A stretch of 64,000 nt of DNA from a bacterium (GTDB lineage: Bacteria > Acidobacteriota > Blastocatellia > HR10), in contig JBEPZV010000002.1 in assembly GCA_041640655.1 (NCBI GenBank), positions 128,001 through 192,000 of the forward strand, given 5' to 3'. Below, piece after piece: positions 27,989-40,077 of this stretch (position 1 is the first letter of the stretch; the number at the start of each line of letters is the position of its first letter). The notes under the pieces are model-generated. The model worked only from the letters and a program-made list of their open reading frames with translations, ran no database searches and had not been told where the DNA came from. The translations under genes were made by a program, and so were the position numbers.

Positions 27989-29104
27989 TCAGGAGCGCTC
28001 CGGGGACGATGCGCCCTCGGCGCGTATCCCTTCGTCGGCGGGACTGTGCGCGACATCCGGCTGCGCGGCGAGCGCGCTCAAGCTCTCCCGATAGGGCGGA
28101 TGTGCGATCCCCCGCTCGGTCACAATCGCCGTCACGTAACGATGGGGGGTGATGTCGAAGGCCGGATTGGCGACGGCAATACCCTCGGGGGCGATGGGCT
28201 GTCCGTTGATGTGCGTGACTTCGTGAGCCGGGCGTTCCTCGATGGGGATGTGTTCGCCGGATTCGATGGAGAGATCGAGCGTCGAAATGGGCGCGACGAC
28301 GTAGAAGGGGATGCCGTGCTCCTTCGCCAAGACGGCGAGCGTATAGGTGCCGATCTTATTGGCGACATCACCGTTGGCGGCGATGCGGTCCGCACCGACG
28401 AGCACGCAATCCACCAATCCGCGATACATCAGGTATCCGGCCATATTGTCCGTGATGAGCGTGGCCGGGATCTGCTCCTTGAGCAACTCCCACGCCGTCA
28501 ATCGCGCGCCTTGGAGGAAGGGACGCGTCTCGTCCACGTACACGTGCACGCGCTTGCCCATGAGCACGGCCGCGCGCACAACGCCGAGCGCCGTCCCCAT
28601 GCCGCCGGCCGTCGCCAGCGCCCCCGTGTTGCAGTGTGTGAGGACGCGGGCGGGATCGGGGAGCAAGGCCGCCCCATTTCGCGCCATGCGCCAATTCGTC
28701 TCGATGTCCTCCCGATAGATGTTCTGCGCTTCTTGAATGAGCCACTCGCGGACGAGCGGCAGCGGCAAGTTCCGCCGACGGGCTTCGGCCAGCGCGCGAC
28801 GCATGCGCTCGATGGCCCAGAAGAGGTTCACCGCCGTCGGCCGCGCGCGCGCCATCAGGCGACACCAGGCCTCGAACTCCGCCTCCAATTCCTCCACCGT
28901 GCGCGCGCTCGATCGCTTCACCCCGAGCGCCAGACCGAACGCCGCTGTCACGCCGATGGCCGGCGCGCCGCGCACGACCATCTGGCGAATAGCCTCGGTC
29001 ACCTCTTCCGGCGTGCGCAAGAGCGAATAGACCTCCTCATGGGGCAGCTTTCGCTGATCAATCACGCGAACGCCTTCGTCTGTCCATTCGACCGTCTTGA
29101 TCAT
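27989..29104 (-). CDS. mtnA: S-methyl-5-thioribose-1-phosphate isomerase
   Basis: [47 protein letters not shown]. Confidence 0.97.
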   Translation of the reverse strand: MIKTVEWTDEGVRVIDQRKLPHEEVYSLLRTPEEVTEAIRQMVVRGAPAIGVTAAFGLALGVKRSSARTVEELEAEFEAWCRLMARARPTAVNLFWAIERMRRALAEARRRNLPLPLVREWLIQEAQNIYREDIETNWRMARNGAALLPDPARVLTHCNTGALATAGGMGTALGVVRAAVLMGKRVHVYVDETRPFLQGARLTAWELLKEQIPATLITDNMAGYLMYRGLVDCVLVGADRIAANGDVANKIGTYTLAVLAKEHGIPFYVVAPISTLDLSIESGEHIPIEERPAHEVTHINGQPIAPEGIAVANPAFDITPHRYVTAIVTERGIAHPPYRESLSALAAQPDVAHSPADEGIRAEGASSPERS

Positions 29105-29263
29105 GGGCCGGACCTCGCTCGACAACGGGAAATCTTATCCGAAGGTCGACGAGCGGCGCAACCGCACCGCTTCGCGATGTCACATGAGGCGGATCGCTTC
29201 CTGCCCCCTCAAGGAAGGCGTCGCTGCCTTCCGACCGCGCCCTCCCCCTTCGCTTGCGCTCGA

Positions 29264-29995
29264 TCACAAATCTCCCCAGAGGAATTGGACCATGCTGAGC
29301 ACGACGAGCCCAGCCGTCTCCGTGCGGAGGACGCGCGGCCCGAGAGAGAGCAGTGCCGCTCCAGCGCGTCGAGCGGCCTCGATCTCCTCATCCGCCCATC
29401 CCCCCTCCGGACCGATGAAGATCGTGAGCTGACGCGGAAGGACATCTCCCCATTGCCGCGCGATCTCGCGTAGCGGCAGCCCTCCGCGTTCCGAGCAAAA
29501 GAGCGCGGGCGCGCGCAGGTCCTCGAGCAGAGCCTGCACCGGCTGAGGCTCCTCGACCTCCACCAGACGCGTCCGATGCGATTGCTTCACAGCTTCCAGG
29601 GCGATGCGGCGCCACCGCTGCAACCGATGGGGCGAATACCGTTCGACCACCGCGCGACGCGTCAGCACAGGGATGATGCGCGCGACGCCCAGCTCGGTCG
29701 CCTTCTGCACGACGAGATCGAACTTCTCGCCCTTGATGAGGGCCTGCGCGAGCGTGAGCGCCAGGGGCGACTCGACCGACGGCACGGTCCGCGCCTGAAT
29801 GCGTACCGCCACACGTCGCTCGCGTGTCTCCAGCACGATCCCCTCATACTCGATCCCCGTTCCGTCGAAGACGGCGACGAGGGCGCCCGGCTTCAACCGC
29901 AGCACGTGTCGCAAATGATGCGACTCCCGTTCATCGAGCCGGATCACCCCTTCCTGCAGGGCCTCCGGAGGAGCGTAAAACCGATGTCGGCTCAT
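29264..29995 (-). CDS. rsmE: 16S rRNA m3U1498 methyltransferase
   Basis: HLRHVLRL, QKATELG, IGPEGG, LGPRVLRTETA. Confidence 0.95.
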   Translation of the reverse strand: MSRHRFYAPPEALQEGVIRLDERESHHLRHVLRLKPGALVAVFDGTGIEYEGIVLETRERRVAVRIQARTVPSVESPLALTLAQALIKGEKFDLVVQKATELGVARIIPVLTRRAVVERYSPHRLQRWRRIALEAVKQSHRTRLVEVEEPQPVQALLEDLRAPALFCSERGGLPLREIARQWGDVLPRQLTIFIGPEGGWADEEIEAARRAGAALLSLGPRVLRTETAGLVVLSMVQFLWGDL

Positions 29996-30851
29996 ATCGC
30001 GCGATGATTGTCTGCCATTCGCCTCCCGGCTTGATCTCGATGAGGCGAAAGGCCCTCGCCGCGAGCGCCTCCCGGAATACTTCGTCCTCTCCCTTGAGGA
30101 GACCGGAGAGGACGAGTGTCCCGCCCGACTCAAGCCGATGGGGGAACAGCGGCAGCATGCTCAGGAGCACATCGGCGGTGAGGTTGGCTATTACCATCTC
30201 GAAGTGCTCCTCGGGGGCGTCCTCGAGCGTCCCGCAAATCACCGTGACGCGCTCGCGAACGCCATTGCGCGCCAGATTCTCCAGGGCGACGGCGCACGCT
30301 TCCGGATCAATGTCGAGCGCGACGATACGAGCCTCCGGGCTCATGCGGGCGGCCGCGATGGCGAGAATACCCGTCCCGGTCCCCACATCGAGCAGGGAGC
30401 GTCCGCCCCAATATTCCTCAAGCGCGAGCAAGCACTGCTGCGTCGTCTCATGCGTGCCCGTGCCGAAGGCCATCCCCGGATCAATCACCAAAAGGAGGCG
30501 CTCGCCAGCATCCGGCGGCTGCGCCCACGAGGGCGTGATGAGGAATCGCCGCCCGACGGGAAAGGGAGTGTACCCTTCCTTCCACCGGCTCGCCCAATCC
30601 TTGGCCGGGACGACTCGCACGCGCACCTCGATCACGCGATGCGCGGGAAATCCAGCCTCGCGCACGGCGCGCCGCACCTCCTGCGCCCACCACGTGGCGT
30701 CTTGCGGCTCATCGAAATAGGCGAGGAGCTCAAGGCCGCTCTCTTCTTCCGCGAACGCGAGTCCGCGCGTCCCCGCGCGCGAGAAGAGGGGGAAGAGGAT
30801 CTCGCTCAGGTCCTCCCGAAGCCGAACGCCGACCTCCCAAAATGTCCGCAT
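29931..30851 (-). CDS. prmA: Ribosomal protein L11 methyltransferase
   Basis: DPGMAFGTGTHETT, LDVGTGTGIL, ANL, LSG. Confidence 0.95.
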   Translation of the reverse strand: MRTFWEVGVRLREDLSEILFPLFSRAGTRGLAFAEEESGLELLAYFDEPQDATWWAQEVRRAVREAGFPAHRVIEVRVRVVPAKDWASRWKEGYTPFPVGRRFLITPSWAQPPDAGERLLLVIDPGMAFGTGTHETTQQCLLALEEYWGGRSLLDVGTGTGILAIAAARMSPEARIVALDIDPEACAVALENLARNGVRERVTVICGTLEDAPEEHFEMVIANLTADVLLSMLPLFPHRLESGGTLVLSGLLKGEDEVFREALAARAFRLIEIKPGGEWQTIIARYEPTSVLRSSGGPAGRGDPAR

Positions 30852-30879
30852 AGCGCGTGCGAGGGCGACCGATGCGGTG

Positions 30880-32013
30880 TCATCCCATCAGCAGCCGGCG
30901 CAATTCGGGCTCGCGCTCTCGCGTGACCAGAGCGACCACCATATCGCCCACTTCCAGGCGCGTCTCTCCACGAGGGATGAGCGTCGTGCCCGCGCGTTCG
31001 ATGGCCACGATATTGCAGTCGGGCGGAAAGGCGATGTCGCGCAAGGCCTTTCCAGCCACCGGACAGGTCTCGCCGAGCACGTACTCGATGATCTGGGCTC
31101 GCTCCCCGTGCAGATTCAGGAGCGTGCGAATAGGAATCGTCGGCAGTTCGCGCTCGATGACCTGCTCGATGATAGCCGTCGAGCTGACGGTGGCATCCAC
31201 GCCGAGCCGACGCATCACGGGCTCGTTCTTCGGATTGCTCACGCGCGCGATCGTCTTGGGCACATGGAACACGCGCTTGGCGAGCTGACAGGCGATCAGA
31301 TTGTTCTCATCGTTGCCGGTGACGGCGACGAAGACGCGCGCGCGCCGGGCGCCGGCCTCTTCGAGGACGGGCCCCAACGTCCCGTCACCGATGATGACCG
31401 GGCAGTCCAGCTCCGTCCGCAGCCGCGCGGCGTAAGCGACGTCGCGCTCGACGAGCGCCACCTCATGCCCGCTGCCGAGCAGCGAACGAACGAGATTGAT
31501 CCCCACCTTCCCCGCGCCCACCACGAGGATGAACTTCGATTCATCAGCGCGCGGGCGCGTCGGACGCGGCTCCCGCACCGGCAGCACCTCCGGCCGCGTC
31601 ATGGGATGCGCCGCCCATTCATCCACGCGCTGCATGATGGCATCAACCGTATAGAGCGTGGGACAGACGGTGATCAACTGTCCATCGTCGGTGACGTCCC
31701 GATGGCTCGGCTCATAGACGCGGGCGATGGCGCGCGGCACTTGGAAGATCAGGCGCGCGACCTGCGCCGCCATCAGATTCACGTTGTCCTCGCGCGTGAG
31801 CGCCAGAAAGAGATCGGCATGCTCCACGCCCGCCTGCCGTTGCACGTCCACATCGGTGCCATCTCCCTGCACCAACTTCACATTGGGGAAGTCCACGGCG
31901 CCGCGCAACCGAACGGCCTCTTTGTCAATCAACGTCACTTCATGACCGCGCTCCAGCAATTGCGCGATCGCGCGACGACCCACGCGTCCATATCCGACGA
32001 CGACGACTCGCAT
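30880..32013 (-). CDS. TrkA/KtrA-family RCK protein with two tandem NAD-binding domains
   Basis: VVGYGRVG and VVGAGKVG Rossmann motifs, GDGT twice, C-terminal TrkA-C domain. Confidence 0.9.
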   Translation of the reverse strand: MRVVVVGYGRVGRRAIAQLLERGHEVTLIDKEAVRLRGAVDFPNVKLVQGDGTDVDVQRQAGVEHADLFLALTREDNVNLMAAQVARLIFQVPRAIARVYEPSHRDVTDDGQLITVCPTLYTVDAIMQRVDEWAAHPMTRPEVLPVREPRPTRPRADESKFILVVGAGKVGINLVRSLLGSGHEVALVERDVAYAARLRTELDCPVIIGDGTLGPVLEEAGARRARVFVAVTGNDENNLIACQLAKRVFHVPKTIARVSNPKNEPVMRRLGVDATVSSTAIIEQVIERELPTIPIRTLLNLHGERAQIIEYVLGETCPVAGKALRDIAFPPDCNIVAIERAGTTLIPRGETRLEVGDMVVALVTREREPELRRLLMG

Positions 32014-32042
32014 CGCCTCCCCTCCCCATTCGAGATGCCCAC

Positions 32043-32618
32043 TCAGCTCACCCTTTCGGGCACCATGTCAATGATCACTTCGACGCCTGCCCGGCGCAGG
32101 ATCGTCTCGATCCCGCGACCGATGGAATCCCCGGCCGCGACGCGTCGAGGATTGAGCCCGATCACGACCAGATCCACATCGTAATCGGTGACGACGCTCA
32201 CGATCCCCCGGCCGACCTCGCGATCGCGTCGGACGACCGGAACCGGCGTGAGGTGATGTAGCCGCACCAACTCGACGGCGCGCTCCAACGCCTCGCGCGC
32301 CCGCTGCTCCTCTTGATCGAGGGGGGTATTCAAGGGGAGCGACAGCGGGACCTCGATCACATATGCCAGGATCACTTCGGCCTGCTGCTCCTGCCCGAGG
32401 CGACACGCCAGCTCCACGGCCCGATCGCTATACCCCGTCCCCTTCACGGGGACGAGGATGCGCTTGAGGGCGCTCACCCCGCGATAGGCGCGCGCGACCG
32501 CCGGCCCAATGGGCGCCGGTGGATGCAGCATCCACCAGAGCATCCCCCCCAAGGAGGCCGCGAAGATCACGGCCAGGATCACGCCCACTAGGGAGACGTG
32601 AACGTCACCCCCTGACAT
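32043..32618 (-). CDS. Membrane-anchored universal stress protein
   Basis: N-terminal TM helix; RILVPV, DLVVIG, SIGRGIETILRRA. Confidence 0.85.
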   Translation of the reverse strand: MSGGDVHVSLVGVILAVIFAASLGGMLWWMLHPPAPIGPAVARAYRGVSALKRILVPVKGTGYSDRAVELACRLGQEQQAEVILAYVIEVPLSLPLNTPLDQEEQRAREALERAVELVRLHHLTPVPVVRRDREVGRGIVSVVTDYDVDLVVIGLNPRRVAAGDSIGRGIETILRRAGVEVIIDMVPERVS

Positions 32619-32853
32619 CCGAACGCTCCTCCCTCTTCCGAGCGAAATAATAGCCGAGGACGAAACGCACTCGGTAGACGCCCAGGAGTACGAAGCCCCC
32701 GCCCACGCCGAGCCCCACCGGACTCCCCCCCAGGCGGATCACCCGATAGAGGATGATCAGGCCGAGGAGCACAAAGAGGACCCCGTAAACGATCAGCACC
32801 ACGTCCCGAAGCGAGACGCCACGTGGTTCATTCACGGGTGAGCTCGGCCTCAT
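32605..32853 (-). CDS. Small two-TM membrane protein
   Basis: GGAGG RBS + ATG 32853; two hydrophobic helices; overlaps both neighbours. Confidence 0.7.
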   Translation of the reverse strand: MRPSSPVNEPRGVSLRDVVLIVYGVLFVLLGLIILYRVIRLGGSPVGLGVGGGFVLLGVYRVRFVLGYYFARKREERSDVRG

Positions 32854-34408
32854 GGGTCCGCCTCCTCCATCGGTCGCGTTCGGCCAGGGCGATCCGGTAT
32901 TGTTCCAAGAGGTCGTATTCCTCAGCCGCTTCGAGCACCTCCATCTGCTCCCGCTCCCAATCTCGCGGCACGCTCCGGAAGATCGGGAGCCCCCGCCGCC
33001 GGCGATACCAGGCATAGTAGCCGAAACAGAGGAGCACCCACGATGGTCCCGCCACAGCCGCGATCTCATGCGTGAAGAGCACGATCACGAGGACCGTCGT
33101 GATCCCCACAAGTCCGATGATCCCCAGCACGGGGACGTGAATCGTCGCGCCCGGCCGTCTCATCGGAATATTGAACGGCACGCGATAGGGACGAGGCGTG
33201 TACGGATCAGTGAACCGCAATCGAATGAGTGAGAGCATGACGAGGGTGTATCCGAGCGTGGCGCCGAAAGCATACATGTTGGCCAGTGTGTCTATAGCGC
33301 TCTCGGTCAGGGAGGCCAGGACGACCTGCAGCGCCGCGATGGACGAGAAGACGATGATCGTGCGCGCCGGCGTGCGATAGCGCGGATGGACGTGCTCGAA
33401 CCACGAGGAGATCGCCTCATATCGGCTCATCGAGAACGCCACGCGGGAGACGCTCATCACCCCGGAATTGGACGAGAGCATGAGGACGAGCACGGCCAGC
33501 GCCGCCGTCACATCCTCGGCCGCGCGCCCGATCCAGGGCAGATGTCCCGCCACAAGAGCGACTGAGCGCCCCACATTGCGCTCCTCCAGAAAGACCTCCC
33601 AGCGCACCGTACCGAGCGTCAGCACCGAGAGCGAGACGGCGAAGAGGAAGACCGTGAAGACCAACGCGATCGAAGTCCGCGGGACGATCGTGGCCGGACG
33701 CCGCGTCTCCTGCGCCGCTTGCGAGATGGACTCCAAGCCCACAAAGGAGATGATCGCCAACGACGCCCCGTAGAGGAACTGACGCGGATGGAAATTCGCG
33801 AACGTCTCGCTCCACTGAGCCGCGAGCAGCTCCGGCCGCCAGGCGAAGATCAAGCCCATGGCGATGATGAGCGTCTCCACCAGAATGATCAGGACGCCGA
33901 TCAGCTCGTTGAGCAGACTGGCCTGCCGCATCCCCCGCACATTCAACCACGCCAGAAAGGCGATGAGCAGAAGCGTGGCCAGGGCCAGGCCGATCCGCAC
34001 GTGCGCGAACGGTCCGAGAGCGATCGTGGCTTCGGCCAATTCCGGGACGAAATGCGAGAAATAGGTCGTGGCGAAATAGGCGAAGAGCGCCGTGCAGAGC
34101 GTGTAATCGAGCACGAGCGCGCTGCCGGCGATCAGGCTCCAGAAGTCTCCCAGGCCGCGCAAGGCGAAATACTGTCCCCCTCCGGCGACCGGATACGCCG
34201 AGGCCAATTCCGTGTAGGCCAACCCCACCAAGATGTAGACCGTCCCGGCCAGCAAGAAGGCCAACGGCGCGGCTCCCTCCGAGAACGCGAAGACCAAGCC
34301 GAGCGCGACGAATGTGTCGGCCCCAACATCGGCGAAGCCCCACATGTACGATCCCCAGACGGTCACATCCCGTCGCAACTCGGCGACCGCCGTTCGTCCC
34401 TCCGCCAT
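32828..34408 (-). CDS. APC-family permease
   Basis: YTELASAYPVAGG, SFVGLESISQAAQE, R..FSMSR, HPRYRTP; ~12 TM helices. Confidence 0.92.
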   Translation of the reverse strand: MAEGRTAVAELRRDVTVWGSYMWGFADVGADTFVALGLVFAFSEGAAPLAFLLAGTVYILVGLAYTELASAYPVAGGGQYFALRGLGDFWSLIAGSALVLDYTLCTALFAYFATTYFSHFVPELAEATIALGPFAHVRIGLALATLLLIAFLAWLNVRGMRQASLLNELIGVLIILVETLIIAMGLIFAWRPELLAAQWSETFANFHPRQFLYGASLAIISFVGLESISQAAQETRRPATIVPRTSIALVFTVFLFAVSLSVLTLGTVRWEVFLEERNVGRSVALVAGHLPWIGRAAEDVTAALAVLVLMLSSNSGVMSVSRVAFSMSRYEAISSWFEHVHPRYRTPARTIIVFSSIAALQVVLASLTESAIDTLANMYAFGATLGYTLVMLSLIRLRFTDPYTPRPYRVPFNIPMRRPGATIHVPVLGIIGLVGITTVLVIVLFTHEIAAVAGPSWVLLCFGYYAWYRRRRGLPIFRSVPRDWEREQMEVLEAAEEYDLLEQYRIALAERDRWRRRTHEAELTRE

Positions 34409-34486
34409 CGCGTCTCTGTTCCTCCCCAAGGCATCACCTTCCTCAGCTCAGAAGGGGGATCTCAACGGAGTCATCTTGCGGGCGAA

Positions 34487-36148
34487 TCACGGCTTGCGCG
34501 AGGACATCGCCAGCTCTTGCGCCAACTCGCGCGCCTCCGCATCGTTCGGATCCAGGGCTAATGCCCGTTCTACGCTCAAGCGCGCGCGCTCGCGTTCGCC
34601 GACGGCCAAGTAAACACGGGCCAGTAACAGATGGGCCGAGATCAATCGAGGATTCCAAAAGGCCGCCGCCTGCGCCGCATCGGCCGCCTCGCGCCAGCTC
34701 CCGCGCCGAAAATAGAGGCGCGCCTTCAGCAGATGCGCATCGGCCTGATCCGGAGCCGTTCGCAGTACGCTCTCCACGAGTCCCAGGGCCTCCTCCTCCC
34801 GACCGGCCTCCAGCAGCGCCTCCGCCTGACGCACGGCTTCGGTGGGCGACATCGCCAGAGCGCGCGAAGCCAGACCGATCGCGCCGCGAGCTTGAGGACG
34901 CGCGATCTGCAGCTTGAGCCGAGGAGCGATAGGCGGGTCGGCCATGTTCTCCCACTCGGCGAACGCGGGCAAAGAGCGCCGAGCGATCGTCAATGCCCCC
35001 TGTGCTTCCTCGACTCGCCCCAACCGTTGCAAGCTCTTCCCTAGGAGATAATGCGCCTCGACATCGGCCGTGCGCTGCCGCACGACTTGTCGAAACTGTC
35101 CCGCGGCACTCTCAAACTCCCCGAGTTTCCACAGCGCGTAGCCGTAATTGAAACGGATGTCGGGATCGGGACCAGAACGCTCAAGCGCCTGCGAGAAATC
35201 AGCGGCGGCTGCCGCTGTTTGCCCCAACCGCAGTTCGGCGACAGCCAGGTTGTTATATACCTCCGCCAATGGCCACACGCGCGCGAGCGCCCGATAGATG
35301 TTCACAGCGCGCGACCAGTCTCCGTGCTGGAGGGCACACACCCCCAGATAAAACTGCGCTTCTTTGTCGACGGACGCGTCCGACGTGAGCCGATGCAAGT
35401 ACGGGAGCGCATCGGCACACTGCCCCTGCCGGACATAGGCGCGCCCCAACTCCAGAAGCAGGGGGGCATATTCGGCCGCCCTTCGCCCCGCCGCGCGTTC
35501 AGCGCGACGCAGCAAGGGAATCGCCACCTGCGGATCGGCCGCCATCCACGCTTTCGTGTAATACTCCAGCGCACTTGTGGGCAAAGCCGTCGCCATTTGT
35601 GCCACCGCCTGACGCGCTGATGGAGAGAGCCGATCTCCGAGCACCTCCCCGACCAGCGTCGCCAGCAATGCGGGCAAGTCTCGCAGCGGAGCGCCCAACG
35701 TCAGTTCGTTCGTCAACATCCGCGCCTCCGCCACGTGAATCACCCGAGCCGTGATGGCGACGCGCTCTTGTCCTCTCGGACCGGTCACCTGATACGTTCC
35801 CACCAGCAGTCGCTCGGCTCCCAAACGCTCGGCGACGACGAGTGCCGAAGCCCGCGTCACCACCAAGCCCTTGGGCAACCGAAGCTGCTCGTAGAGCGCC
35901 CGCCGATCATCCGGGGAGACGACCGACTCTCCCGCCCGCGCCAAGAGCTCCGACAGAAGCAGCGCGCATGCCTCCCCCACCCAATGGTAATCGGCCTGCC
36001 GCGTCTTATTCTCGAAGGGCAGCGCCAGCCAGGACGCTCCGCGCGCCGAAGCGCGCGCGCCGAACAAAAGGAGCGCAGCGGTTATACCCAGACTCAACCG
36101 CAGAGCCCGCTGCGCCCTTCTCACGCTCGATCTCGCTGCATCGGCCAT
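34487..36148 (-). CDS. Secreted tetratricopeptide-repeat protein with an N-terminal TolB/CsgG-like domain
   Basis: Signal peptide, ALPFEN motif, multiple TPRs (YNNLA, FNYGYAL, HYLLG). Confidence 0.85.
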   Translation of the reverse strand: MADAARSSVRRAQRALRLSLGITAALLLFGARASARGASWLALPFENKTRQADYHWVGEACALLLSELLARAGESVVSPDDRRALYEQLRLPKGLVVTRASALVVAERLGAERLLVGTYQVTGPRGQERVAITARVIHVAEARMLTNELTLGAPLRDLPALLATLVGEVLGDRLSPSARQAVAQMATALPTSALEYYTKAWMAADPQVAIPLLRRAERAAGRRAAEYAPLLLELGRAYVRQGQCADALPYLHRLTSDASVDKEAQFYLGVCALQHGDWSRAVNIYRALARVWPLAEVYNNLAVAELRLGQTAAAAADFSQALERSGPDPDIRFNYGYALWKLGEFESAAGQFRQVVRQRTADVEAHYLLGKSLQRLGRVEEAQGALTIARRSLPAFAEWENMADPPIAPRLKLQIARPQARGAIGLASRALAMSPTEAVRQAEALLEAGREEEALGLVESVLRTAPDQADAHLLKARLYFRRGSWREAADAAQAAAFWNPRLISAHLLLARVYLAVGERERARLSVERALALDPNDAEARELAQELAMSSRKP

Positions 36149-36157
36149 AAAAACAGA

Positions 36158-36233
36158 TGGTGAGCCGTGCAGGAATCGAACCTGCGACCCTCGGGTTAAA
36201 AGCCCGATGCTCTACCGACTGAGCTAACGGCCC
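36158..36233 (-). tRNA. tRNA-Lys (anticodon UUU)
   Basis: GGGCCGTTAGCTCAGTCGGTAGAGCATCGGGCTTTTAACCCGAGGGTCGCAGGTTCGATTCCTGCACGGCTCACCA; full cloverleaf with encoded CCA. Confidence 0.98.
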
Positions 36234-36258
36234 ACACCGTGATGCTCACGCACGTGAG

Positions 36259-36288
36259 ATGATAGCGCGTCCCTCGCCTCCTTGTCCA
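36259..36288 (-). promoter_or_regulatory. tRNA-Lys promoter
   Basis: TGGACA-N18-TATCAT. Confidence 0.55.
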
Positions 36289-36450
36289 GCAGTGGATCGA
36301 GAACGCGCTCGTGATCGTGGGAGAGCCGCTCGCCCTCGCGCCTCCGAGGAGAGCGATTCACCGTCAGCGCCTCTCACCGATGTGGCACACGCCCCTCCGA
36401 AGGGGCATCCGTTGGGCTCTTCCCATCGCCCAGAAGTCCCTGATGCTCGA

Positions 36451-38152
<1,702 letters not shown>

Positions 38153-38202
38153 AGCGCGCGCCATCTCCGTGAGCGGCTCGCCCAGCACAGCGCGTTCTCC
38201 CC

Positions 38203-40038
38203 TCATCGGTGGAAAAGCCGCTCGATCTCCCGGAGCGTGAACCGCACCACCACGGGGCGTCCGTGCGGGCAGCTCGCCAGGAAGGAGGCGCGGAATAACT
38301 CCTCGACGAGCCATCGCATCATCGGTTCGGTCAACGGGGTATTGATCTTCACGGCAGCGCGGCACGCGAGGCTGGCCGCTAAGCGATCGCGGAGGCGTTC
38401 CGGCGATGCCGTGCGCCGCTCCTGCTCGGCGATCTCCAAAAGCTCCAGGATGAGGAGGCGTGCTTCGGAGACAGGCACGTCGGCCGGCAACGCCGTGACC
38501 ACAAGCGCACGCCCGGAAAACTCCCCGACTTCGATCCCCAGCCGCCCCAGCTCCTCGCGCACGCTCTCGAAGATGGCGTGTTGAGCCGGCGTCAGCTCGA
38601 TGACCTCCGGCACCAGAAGGGGCTGTCTGGGTAATGCCTCGCGCGCCAGATGCTCCCGAAAGCGCTCGAAGAGGATGCGCTCATGCGCGGCATGTTGATC
38701 GATGAGGAGCAGCTCCCGCTCCGTCGCCGCCAGGATGAAGCTCCGGCGGAATTGACCGATGACGCGAATTCGTTCGGCCTCCTCCCCCTCGATCGTCGCT
38801 TCCAGCGAAGGACGCGCCAGGCACTGCGGGCTGATCGACGGGCGATCCGGCGATACTTCAAGATGGGGTCGCGCGGCCTCGGGCGCAGATTTTGGCGAGA
38901 AGGTGAGCGCCAGCGGCGATTGGCGTGGTGTCGGTGGGGTGAGCGGCGCCTGCAGGCGAAAGGCCTCGCGATGGAACGCGCGCTCGGAACTCACCGCTGA
39001 GGCGCGCTCCCGCGCGAAGGGGACGGCGCGCCCGACCTCCACGACAGGCCGCGCGCGCTCGAGCGCTCGTCGCACGGCCTCGATGATCGCCGCCTGAACC
39101 TGAAGAGGGCGCCGAAATCGCACCTCGATCTTCGCCGGATGCACATTCACATCCACTTCCGACGGCGGCAGCTCGACGAAGAGGATCGCCGCCGGATGCG
39201 TGCCCGAGGGCAGGAGCGTGCGATAGCTCTCGCCGAGCGCCTGCGCCAACACGCGATCGCGCACATAGCGACCGTTCACGAAGAAATACTGGGCCTCGCG
39301 CGTGGTCCGTCCCCAATTCGGCTTGGAGGCGAACCCGTGGATGCGAATCCCCCCCTGCGCGTGCTCCAGCTCGACCACGTGGGCGAGGAAGTCCGCGCCA
39401 AAGATCTGATATGCGCGGTCGCGCACCGCCTCGACCGGAGGCACGTCCAAGAGCGTCCTCTCTCCATGCTGCAGGCGGAAGGCCACCTGCGGATAGCAGA
39501 GCGCGTAATGCGTCACGAGATTCGTGATGTGGAACAATTCGGTGGCCTCGCTCTTGAGGAATTTGCGCCGAGCCGGGACATTGAAGAAGAGATCGCGCAC
39601 GCACACCTCCGTCCCTCCGGCCCAGGCGCAGTCGCGCACCTCCTTGATCTTCCCCCCCTCGATCTCGACCTCCGTCCCGACCAGCTCGACCGCCGCCTTC
39701 GTCCGCACGAGGACGCGCGCGACCGCCGCGATCGAGGGGAGCGCCTCGCCGCGAAATCCGAGCGTCGCGATCCGTTCCAGGTCTTCGAGCGCGGCGATCT
39801 TGCTCGTGGCATGTCGCTCGAAGGCCAAAAGGGCATCATCGCGCGTCATCCCCTCGCCATCATCGGTGACGCGCACGAGCCTTTTCCCCCCGAGCTCCAC
39901 CTCGATCTGGATCCGTCGGCTCCCGGCATCCAGAGCATTCTCGACCAGCTCCTTGACGACCGACGCCGGGCGCTCGACCACCTCGCCCGCGGCGATCTTG
40001 CTCGCCAGAAGGTCCGGGAGAATGCGAATCTTCCCCAT
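38203..40038 (-). CDS. mutL: DNA mismatch repair endonuclease MutL
   Basis: IAAGEVVERP, GFRGEAL, DVNVHP, DQHAAHER, CPHGRP. Confidence 0.98.
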   Translation of the reverse strand: MGKIRILPDLLASKIAAGEVVERPASVVKELVENALDAGSRRIQIEVELGGKRLVRVTDDGEGMTRDDALLAFERHATSKIAALEDLERIATLGFRGEALPSIAAVARVLVRTKAAVELVGTEVEIEGGKIKEVRDCAWAGGTEVCVRDLFFNVPARRKFLKSEATELFHITNLVTHYALCYPQVAFRLQHGERTLLDVPPVEAVRDRAYQIFGADFLAHVVELEHAQGGIRIHGFASKPNWGRTTREAQYFFVNGRYVRDRVLAQALGESYRTLLPSGTHPAAILFVELPPSEVDVNVHPAKIEVRFRRPLQVQAAIIEAVRRALERARPVVEVGRAVPFARERASAVSSERAFHREAFRLQAPLTPPTPRQSPLALTFSPKSAPEAARPHLEVSPDRPSISPQCLARPSLEATIEGEEAERIRVIGQFRRSFILAATERELLLIDQHAAHERILFERFREHLAREALPRQPLLVPEVIELTPAQHAIFESVREELGRLGIEVGEFSGRALVVTALPADVPVSEARLLILELLEIAEQERRTASPERLRDRLAASLACRAAVKINTPLTEPMMRWLVEELFRASFLASCPHGRPVVVRFTLREIERLFHR

Positions 40039-40077
40039 CGCCTCGCCTCGGTGAATGCGGCGCAGCGCGCGGCGTCC

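Noticed and set aside
36158..36233. tRNA-Lys as an integration site
   Set aside because: No integrase and no duplicated tRNA 3' end seen in the window.
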